Source: Candidatus Omnitrophota bacterium
GTDB taxonomy: Bacteria > Omnitrophota > Gorgyraeia > Gygaellales > Profunditerraquicolaceae
NCBI GenBank assembly: GCA_022710715.1
Contig: JAKLGJ010000003.1
Span: 89,083 to 153,082 of the forward strand
Reading direction: 5' to 3'
Length of the DNA stretch: 64,000 nt
Part shown: positions 59,301 to 64,000 of the stretch, in pieces
Numbering within the stretch: the stretch's first letter is position 1
Layout of the letters: every line of letters starts with the position of its first letter
Notes under the pieces: generated by a model
Databases searched by the model: none
Told to the model about the DNA's origin: nothing
The model's input: only the letters and a program-made list of their open reading frames with translations
Position numbers and translations under genes: made by a program

Positions 59301-62300
59301 CATCGATAGGCTCATAAGGGTCGAACCAACCAGAAAACGTCCGGAGTGAGTAACGGTTAGAAAATCAAAAAGACTCCGGTATACTTCTTTGCTTTTGCGA
59401 TTGCCGCCGTCCGGCGAGCCGACCAGGAACACGTCGTCGGCAGCAGGAATCACCCGCTCATTGCCCTTGTGCTGGCCGTTGGGGTCAAGGCCGTCTTTTC
59501 CCACAATGATCAGCCACAGCCCGATGTCGTTTTTGTCGCGATCGACTATCACTGCAGTGTCGTAAACTTCTCCACCGTTGAGCTCCGCCTGCATCCACCT
59601 GTACCCGCTCATGGTCAGGACGCCCAGATTTTTCAGTGCCTTAAGCAATTCAAAACGGATTTCCTGCCGCGTGTCGGCGTTCACATCCTCATCCGTATAC
59701 ACGTTGATATATATATTGTCGTTTTTCTTAAGCTTCGACCAATCGATCGTTTGATCCTGGCCGGCGTACTCCTGGGCTCTTTTCACCGAGATAACCGGGT
59801 TCTTGATCCCTTTTGCGGTCAGCACCCTCTCCAGTTCGTCGATCACGTTGACTTTGTTCGATTCAAGCAGCGGAGACATAAACTGTTTAGGCAGTGTGAA
59901 CGACTCGCGGTTAAGAATGGCGCTTGTCTCTTGCAGCGTCAACTGTGCTGACCCTTCTAAATCAAGCGGATCAAGTTTAAAATATTTAGGATCTGCATAA
60001 GCGATAAATCCAAGATATCGTCCCACCAGAGTATAAATATTTCTGTCATTAGCGAGGGACGCCATGATTTCCATTCCCGCAAGAATAGCCTTGGCTTTCT
60101 TTGCACTGGCTTGCGTTTCAAAAAGTCCTTCCTCACGCAGCATCTTCTCTGCCGAAGCGACCTTGTTTGATGAATCCCTAACCCGATGAGCGCAAGTACT
60201 CACAATTTGAGCAGCACTATTAAATTCATCTTCATTTAGTTCATGCTCAGTCAAAACTTTAACGATTGCCTGTATCTGTTTTTCGATCTGCTTTCCATAA
60301 GAGCTTAGACTATCCCTATGCACGTCCAAGTGCGATACGCTAGCCAAGTAGTCAGACACAAACTTAGCTCTCTGCGCCGAAACAACAGTCAGCCGGGCTT
60401 CCTTCTCCTCCTCTTCAGCAGCCTGATTGGGAGCAAAATAATACTCCTCTTTGAGCATGCTCATGATATCAGGCAATTTTTGATTTATTTTGTGGTGAAC
60501 ATACCTGGCTGCAAGAAAGACTGCAGCGATCCCGACAGAGACACCCACCATCACCGCCGCAGAGACGCCCAATAATCCCATAGTCATTAAAGCCGGAAAG
60601 GCAACAAAGCTGAACCCAAAAATGCTGGTTATCGGGGAAGTCCTCGTGCCCATGATATACATCAACAAATCGATATCCGTCCGATTCAACATCTTGTTCC
60701 TGGACAAGACTTCTCTGACCGTACCGCGGTTCAATTCCTTTCCGGGAATACTTCTCAACTCCTTGATCACCTCGCCGAACGGCCGCGAATTCTTGGCCAG
60801 GATTGGATCAATGGTCAATTGCGTCCCTATTTCGCGGACAAAGGTATTCAATACCAGATACCTTTTAGCCGATAAAAATAATAAAAAACCGCCTATCAGA
60901 AACATGGGTACCCCTGCTATCAGAGTACCGCTTATAGAAAGGAAAGCGCCCACCCCAAGAATCATCGTAGCCTGACCCATTCCAAGCGCCGATTGTTTCC
61001 GAGCTTCGTCGAACAATGTTTTTAAGGCAGTGAGGCTGCGCGCGCTGTTCAATCCTCTCTCCTGCAATTCAAATACGGTTTTGTATACTTGATTCGCTGA
61101 ATATGACTGCGCTTCAGGCTTGATCTCGTTGAACTTCTCGAAAATCTGCTGATTCTCCGCATCTGCTTTCCCGCCGTCCGGCCCCTTCTCATCCTGTGGG
61201 GGAGCCTTAAATTCTTCGGCGACCCGGTCTCTGGGCAAAGCTGCGCCGCCGGCTTTCAGAGGCATCTTCGACACGGCAAGTGCGAGTTCAGCTTCGAGCC
61301 CATCATCAATAATCCTGCCGTCCGGCTTCACTTTGATCAAACCTTCTTCGAAGCGGGTGCCGGCAGGAATTTCTACGGTCGGACGGGAGATCGCTTCGTA
61401 ATTCTGCGCGCCGCCGGCCTTCAATGTGAAAGCTGACGGATCTATATCGGCAAACCTGATGCCGCCGCTGAAGTACTGGCGGATAATCATGCCCGTGGGA
61501 GTTGAAACAGTCTCGCTGATATTGTATTCGCCCTTCTCGAATGATCTCTTGTAATCATTGAAATACGTGTCCCTGGACCAGGCTTTGGCGCTGGTCAAGC
61601 CGGTCAGGTCGCGCTGGTCGATCTTTGATGCGGCGCTGCCTTCCTGGCCGCGGTATTTCTCCTTGAACCACTGCGCCAGAACCAGAGAATAATACACCTG
61701 GCGCAATGCGGCATACTTTTTCGACGAGTTGACTTCGCGGGTAAGTTTCGGAAGGATCTCTTTACGGATGATCGCGGAAGAATATTCGTTGAGCTGCTTG
61801 ATCTTGGGATCGTTGGACTGGAACAACGCGTTGTTGGGAAGCCAATCCTGCTCCAGCATGACTTTCAAAGTGGCTTTAAAAATGTAAGCGCTGGCAGGAG
61901 TTTCGCGCACCAGGATCTCGCCCGGAACAATCCAGGGGCGGGTGATGGTGGGAATGGTAATGTCCTGACGGCCGAAGATCTCTTCGGCTTTGGAATAAAG
62001 TTTGTTCCAGTAATTCTTCCCCTCTTTGGTCTTGGGGGAAGTAAAAGCAGCCATGTCTTTCTTCAGCTGCAGATCGGCAGCAAGCAGAATACGGCCGACT
62101 TCGGTTCTCTCCAGCCAGGGGTCGATAACCTGATCTTTGGCATCCGGGCGCAAATTAACCCAGAAAGTGGAATTCGGCAGAGCGATCCCTATATTGAAAT
62201 AGGAAACCAGTTCTTTAGTGGTTAGTTGGACCTGCTGCGGCTTGATCTTGCGCGCATCGCCTTTGTCCAGAAGCAGGTTGAAATCCTGGCTTTTCTGGTC

Positions 62301-62468
62301 AAAGCTGATGCTGCGCAACTGCACCGGGCGGAATTTGTCCGGGGCGACATAGCCGTTGATGTATGTCGGAATGTTGAATTGCGGAGCGACTTGAGCGAAA
62401 CCTGATTGTTCAAGAACCAGACAGAAAACTACTGCGAATGCGACAATGCGTTTTACTAATTTGAACAT
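53397..62468 (-). CDS. Giant modular membrane/surface protein B2, about 3020 aa (3036 aa from the track's start at 62507). It is a paralogue of B1.
   Basis: I prefer the ATG at 62468, which has an AAGGAG RBS 7 nt upstream and gives MFKLVKRIVAFAVVFCLVLEQSGFA, aligning with the B1 N-terminus. The family B N-terminal domain is at about 61420-62468. The central shared block is at about 59400-61180 (TM cluster plus LTLQETSAILN...FLVGSPDGG), with near-identical DNA stretches to B1, for example 46441-46470 versus 60458-60487. It has multiple internal TM clusters. HEAT/ARM-like alpha-helical repeats occupy the C-terminal third. The family B C-terminal domain is at 53397-53715. Confidence 0.8.
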   Translation of the reverse strand: MFKLVKRIVAFAVVFCLVLEQSGFAQVAPQFNIPTYINGYVAPDKFRPVQLRSISFDQKSQDFNLLLDKGDARKIKPQQVQLTTKELVSYFNIGIALPNSTFWVNLRPDAKDQVIDPWLERTEVGRILLAADLQLKKDMAAFTSPKTKEGKNYWNKLYSKAEEIFGRQDITIPTITRPWIVPGEILVRETPASAYIFKATLKVMLEQDWLPNNALFQSNDPKIKQLNEYSSAIIRKEILPKLTREVNSSKKYAALRQVYYSLVLAQWFKEKYRGQEGSAASKIDQRDLTGLTSAKAWSRDTYFNDYKRSFEKGEYNISETVSTPTGMIIRQYFSGGIRFADIDPSAFTLKAGGAQNYEAISRPTVEIPAGTRFEEGLIKVKPDGRIIDDGLEAELALAVSKMPLKAGGAALPRDRVAEEFKAPPQDEKGPDGGKADAENQQIFEKFNEIKPEAQSYSANQVYKTVFELQERGLNSARSLTALKTLFDEARKQSALGMGQATMILGVGAFLSISGTLIAGVPMFLIGGFLLFLSAKRYLVLNTFVREIGTQLTIDPILAKNSRPFGEVIKELRSIPGKELNRGTVREVLSRNKMLNRTDIDLLMYIMGTRTSPITSIFGFSFVAFPALMTMGLLGVSAAVMVGVSVGIAAVFLAARYVHHKINQKLPDIMSMLKEEYYFAPNQAAEEEEKEARLTVVSAQRAKFVSDYLASVSHLDVHRDSLSSYGKQIEKQIQAIVKVLTEHELNEDEFNSAAQIVSTCAHRVRDSSNKVASAEKMLREEGLFETQASAKKAKAILAGMEIMASLANDRNIYTLVGRYLGFIAYADPKYFKLDPLDLEGSAQLTLQETSAILNRESFTLPKQFMSPLLESNKVNVIDELERVLTAKGIKNPVISVKRAQEYAGQDQTIDWSKLKKNDNIYINVYTDEDVNADTRQEIRFELLKALKNLGVLTMSGYRWMQAELNGGEVYDTAVIVDRDKNDIGLWLIIVGKDGLDPNGQHKGNERVIPAADDVFLVGSPDGGNRKSKEVYRSLFDFLTVTHSGRFLVGSTLMSLSMITDPTNTLAHYAMGSIVGGLAYDALIWMATKIVSKEIVRQITDYLVLTFPGRMILGSFLAGNMMIANPNISLAQYAMGIVLGGVVFTGLLGVTDKIIDNYAPETSLRNDGMETGDGGNLKDKLSDSQLADLKDKAIKYSAAVSTATIIVLGAALMPFGFALAFAAAMGAGVIAIVLSNKMYRFFLDRLVKKAGLPSVQELQSGLRTGLSMENFGLAVQAKLVEPFKGQKITVVFKDGVEWDCKFEYLNNDYFPFWLYVKDLDSDEFAPIYKDTIQSIRLMGDTIEDAWTSIPQLTLDAAKSTEPVEFKVFGKPDMVSEDDISKPLSWAKEDSAVEFAKFGKGRENASKPANLKGKTFTVKETNYFHEVAQDVQITIQGTFEEVFGMGVKDALFSSSVNQEASMLAAIYMDRANQLGLPKNNLEGQVYYGSVGNTGEVVHVSELNDGGKHDWESPYYFRELPDLLTGKYAWELSLWEGRAVKPNLQTIRVKDKDADIEQHIRYLAWTNGLNVYFPSDKEEIIKSIAVKHGDLALQDLTLDILKAAEFGLIFDAKSEVQKFAGRIEEAVEFTADQRAELKGIKNQKALINFVDELIQTLQDELDLTIQHKQQLLLSAQENKRIADSIEAAWRGERPSDKQVKEWAPYIHQRNDQLEQVRTFEPRIATLNENIKNLNRFARDLETVRLPVQPEAVADGGSAKVVRELIPQMERGLRIIQFIAQGDGQASSHYAGITRMFRDDIKLIENNYDAFVGDIADDRVLDLAIRRLSDNADYALRTTNKTIIENLKKQNSKTYFRYLSIDDIRAADEGTIGDVQKEAREFAVFLRDVASGKSKVEVTPELKMGLSEFADLYTRMGPVEPEFAFMGIGLIAWSHWRTDYTWGAFSLVTRACEKTAVDSNLDEAMSMVRIIGSNNENEAAKEAAVAALFTILASAIEQDADVFDGGTKVQDVEIRFYNQELNQRNATLGEFHDKLNIVNILKDYSGDIEIVMYAMLDVLQNKSTGLRRAAIQKLTEVGNVDVLRAVIAAMQVRQGETYRADPRAERTRITAIRAVADLFRFEPVAAVQSLAAILSKGAIASLEVKREAIWALKRINTQYARDVLHDVLNNNYNENDQESMAVRKQAELALAELDEINGEVSDGGLTKERRVQMARFQELTKQFNAYGKMDFEEKIEIIQQLGKLGYLPAADFIIANFDRSSQGETAIAAEALTMIAVANNDYSILEKAVVYEGLMNNIAFLTGLRETLKAVNPAVIDSLALNSSIALTRFASKNSTISDLTETVNDMVTLVKANDQRKAEMITALLLGSKSAAHVSLRETIVRALGTIFRSEKSINGPALSTFYQLINDPDEARDAQRIREAVAEELVRLINAGIVEDDAFFAESNNPLETNAALKAFADALAHDLKIDRFKAEIVEEMKEGSNGTVDLREVRQFVESRDSAGLKIFFTQMIKNIDGALDDANKKTEKLRANYRSLRNMPMYGSMSLANRTAGQMRNIREEIDVIENSSSNYEAVQAVYRNAIARLDLDDLDGGKDPLVNENISIKLRTLVGEPLIAEIEDMNYMLENKQYAQYLANLMEGIENKDPFAREYVKNKIIFTIGMLRLFIDIEADGALKQRIDAVTGLDEFASSEPARVTLGLINSRIIRTDSQDVSRKIVQEKLGLTLYVPMLLTRFSREQDYIPESGEVKRVSEAITALGKIAPFSIKAQVALLLVMDQAGIKTKNNVQEIAELLWDYNDNGKDILKARALWRILEDGRYDLDETAEALVHIAKAEEKIIAERGLEAAGDQPFVYALIEENIDKLNEPAKKVLFNELGENDGGRFTAIIEKLKSLLKSGPAQAVADAAAAKKTPDNTGGVDFRALPIQSQAVIGAVNPAQILQSMPQAMKMPLAELDAKWLNIQEKVKSGSMPYRELKEFVAVCNARADATQQMHTAVLFIKQILEMEEERALPTAGEMKEIIQLAIS

Positions 62469-62564
62469 GGGAGACTCCTTCTCTTTGTCTCCCCTCCCCC
62501 ACAACATTGTGTTTTAAAAAAAACCCGGTTTTTAAAAGACTCTTTGCTTGCGCAATAGAGATCG

Positions 62565-62589
62565 ATTAAGAACCGTGGCGTAATTCTTA
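62565..62589. promoter_or_regulatory. Palindromic site TTAAGAA-CCGTGGCGTAA-TTCTTAA upstream of B2
   Basis: See 53229-53251. It has the same position relative to the start codon. Confidence 0.5.
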
Positions 62590-62686
62590 ATTGACTAACT
62601 AACTCCTGATTGTACTAACAAGTATACGGATTACTGGACTGATTACAAGACGAAATATCAATATTATTGAAACCGCTTTCAAAACA

Positions 62687-62813
62687 GCAGACGCTTTCCT
62701 CATCCCAATGCGGCACAATGCATTACAATAATATTCTATATACGCCAATTCTTAAGCCGGTAATAATATCATTGCAACCTATTGCCGCATTTAAAGATGG
62801 GGAAAGCGTCTGC
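62687..62813. repeat. 127-nt intergenic inverted-repeat element, copy C (more diverged core)
   Basis: The outer arms GCAGACGCTTTCC / GGGGAAAGCGTCTGC are conserved. It overlaps the stop codon of the deaminase gene by 1 nt and lies upstream of B2. Confidence 0.65.
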
Positions 62814-63295
62814 TAATAGAGTTGTTTGTGGGGGAGGCGGTGCCAGTCGGAGAAAAGCTGACGGCATTCTTTGAGGAGGGAACTGCGCTTGAGGCAGATC
62901 GAGCTTTTGCCCAGCGACTTCAACCTGGCGCTGGAGACTTTGAATTCGTTGAAGCCAATCTTACTGGCATCGGCGATATTCGTGCCGTACACGATCTTGC
63001 CGATCCTGGCCCAATGAATCGCGGCAAAGCACATCGGGCAGGGTTCGGTGGTGGTGTACATCACGCAATTTGATAAATCGAACGAACCGGCCAGCTTTGA
63101 AGCTTTGCGGATAGCGTTGATCTCGGCATGGCAGGTTGCGTCGTTCTTGAGCACGGTGTTGCGCGCCACAGCCAGCACCCGGCCGCGTTTCACAATGCAG
63201 GCGCCGAACGGCCCACCTTCCATGGTCTTCAGATTCTTGCGCGCTTCTTTGATCGCCAGAAGCATGAAGTGCTCATCGTTTTTCTTCATGCTCAT
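62813..63295 (-). CDS. CMP/dCMP-type zinc-dependent nucleoside deaminase (TadA/guanine-deaminase-like), 160 aa
   Basis: CHAEINAI (His-Ala-Glu) and PCPMCFAAI (Cys-x-x-Cys) zinc-binding motifs. The size is typical of the TadA/GuaD family. Confidence 0.7.
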   Translation of the reverse strand: MSMKKNDEHFMLLAIKEARKNLKTMEGGPFGACIVKRGRVLAVARNTVLKNDATCHAEINAIRKASKLAGSFDLSNCVMYTTTEPCPMCFAAIHWARIGKIVYGTNIADASKIGFNEFKVSSARLKSLGKSSICLKRSSLLKECRQLFSDWHRLPHKQLY

Positions 63296-63337
63296 ATTCT
63301 CGCATATTCCCGCTTCAAATCAAGCTAAATCCCGGAC

Positions 63338-64000
63338 TTATAAAATAGCCAGAATTTCCTTCATTGCCGGCGCAGTGACCACAGCAGCGTCCTCTTCCAT
63401 CTTCAATACTTCCATGATCCAGCTTGAAGCGCGTTTAAGACTCTCACAGGCGTCTTTGTTTCCGCCGCAAGCCTTAATATAGGAACGCATTTCTGCGTAC
63501 GGCATCTCGCCGGACTGCGCTCTGGCCTGGATCGCCTGCCACTGCTGATCCAGTTCCCGCACGTTTACCTGCGCCACAGCCCCGGCAACCGCTTCAGCCG
63601 CTACTCCAGAGCCTGCAACCGCAGCCGGCTGCCCGGCCACCACAGGGATCATCCGGAAATCCACGCCGCCGAGATCTTCCGGCGCCGCAGGTTGAACATC
63701 ATCCACCGCTGCGTCCTTCAGCCCGCCATCCAACGCATCGCCTTGAGCCAGCGGTTTCTCGATCTGCCCCAGAGCCTGCAACACGGCTACTGCGTCGCGC
63801 AATTCCATACTCGCGATTTCTCTGCTGTAATCCTTATACTCTTCCAGCGTAAGCTCTTCCTTAGGAGACAAATCCCTCCCCAGCACAACTACCGGGTCGC
63901 CGTTGTCATTCTTCAAGGTCGAGCTGATATACATTCTCTCCGGAAGCAATTCCTGTAGAGGCGTTTTAACGGTTTCTAAGAATTCGCGGCTGCCCGTAAT
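63338..64000 (-). CDS. C-terminal 203 aa of a third family B giant protein (B3), which continues beyond the window
   Basis: It ends with the family B C-terminal domain (GGVDFRMIPV...ELDQQWQAIQARAQSGEMPYAEMRSYIKACGG...IMEVLKMEEDAAV...KEILAIL). It also carries an MPERMYISS...YSREIASMELRDAVAVLQALGQIE module that is internal in B1, followed by a DGG. Confidence 0.7.
   Translation of the reverse strand: MTGSREFLETVKTPLQELLPERMYISSTLKNDNGDPVVVLGRDLSPKEELTLEEYKDYSREIASMELRDAVAVLQALGQIEKPLAQGDALDGGLKDAAVDDVQPAAPEDLGGVDFRMIPVVAGQPAAVAGSGVAAEAVAGAVAQVNVRELDQQWQAIQARAQSGEMPYAEMRSYIKACGGNKDACESLKRASSWIMEVLKMEEDAAVVTAPAMKEILAIL

Noticed and set aside
42916-62468. CRISPR array or other non-coding tandem repeat, suggested by the repetitive 600-nt units at 50245-51453 and the repeated DNA blocks between 45840-47400 and 59400-61180
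   Set aside because: The repeats are in-frame protein-coding modules and paralogous gene segments. The periodicity is about 600 nt with only about 50-60% identity. There is no short direct-repeat or spacer structure.
31797-62813. Interpreting the 127-nt inverted repeats as integron attC sites, with the giant genes as cassettes
   Set aside because: I cannot find the RYYYAAC / GTTRRRY core sites at the element ends. No intI-like integrase or attI is in the window. A 10-kb cassette would be far outside the known size range. I keep it only as a formal analogy.
1-64000. Transposases, integrases, phage genes, tRNA or rRNA
   Set aside because: No DDE, tyrosine or serine recombinase motifs, tRNA cloverleaf candidates, or rRNA-like conserved stretches were recognisable in any frame. 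The mobile-looking features are limited to the 127-nt IR elements.

Overview
The window is about 64 kb, GC-rich, from an unknown organism that I read as an environmental Gram-negative bacterium with an exosortase/PEP-CTERM system. It has three parts.

(1) 1-8.4 kb. A tightly packed minus-strand block of ion-homeostasis and housekeeping genes, probably one long operon. It includes a fluoride-export cluster (CrcB/Fluc, a DUF190 partner, a CPA1 cation/H+ antiporter with a TrkA-C domain) fused to a ZupT zinc transporter. It also carries a TMEM175/DUF1211 K+-channel homologue, an ICMT-family methyltransferase, an alpha/beta hydrolase, a GIY-YIG protein, a flavodoxin-like protein, a PilZ protein, a HAMP membrane protein and a SurA-N-like lipoprotein.

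(2) 8.6-18.4 kb. A cell-surface secretion locus. It holds a two-partner secretion pair (FhaC/ShlB-type TpsB plus a 1595-aa FhaB-type TpsA) and five small secreted proteins ending in PEP-CTERM sorting signals. One of these is a 58-aa mini-gene missed by the ORF track. Each gene has a clear intrinsic terminator.

(3) 18.6-64 kb. This is the striking part: a head-to-tail array of five giant minus-strand genes of 4335, 3572, 3418 and 3036 aa, plus the C-terminal 203 aa of a fifth that runs off the window. They fall into two paralogous families. Family A is the pair at 18632-31546 and 31926-42644, which share an internal core of about 450 aa. Family B is 42916-53172, 53397-62468 and 63338-end. Family B shares a conserved secreted N-terminal domain of about 350 aa, a central block of about 550 aa that includes a multi-helix transmembrane cluster, and a conserved C-terminal domain of about 100 aa ending in ILEMEEERA. 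The interiors are variable and look shuffled.

The interiors are mosaics of recognisable modules: a J domain, an NTase motif, MgtE-N-like repeats and a dockerin-like motif in family A; a C39-like peptidase domain and duplicated HG/Cys modules in the second family A gene; two CheY-like receiver domains and internal TM clusters in family B; and tandemly duplicated modules of about 200 aa throughout. In family B the modules are punctuated by a recurrent [DN]DGG tripeptide.

Every giant gene is followed directly after its stop codon by a conserved inverted-repeat element. There are three copies of exactly 127 nt. Both complete family B genes are preceded by a palindromic operator-like site whose arms co-vary. 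The first giant gene has an intrinsic terminator 8 nt upstream of its RBS, which looks like an attenuator.

I found no tRNA, rRNA, CRISPR array, transposase or integrase.
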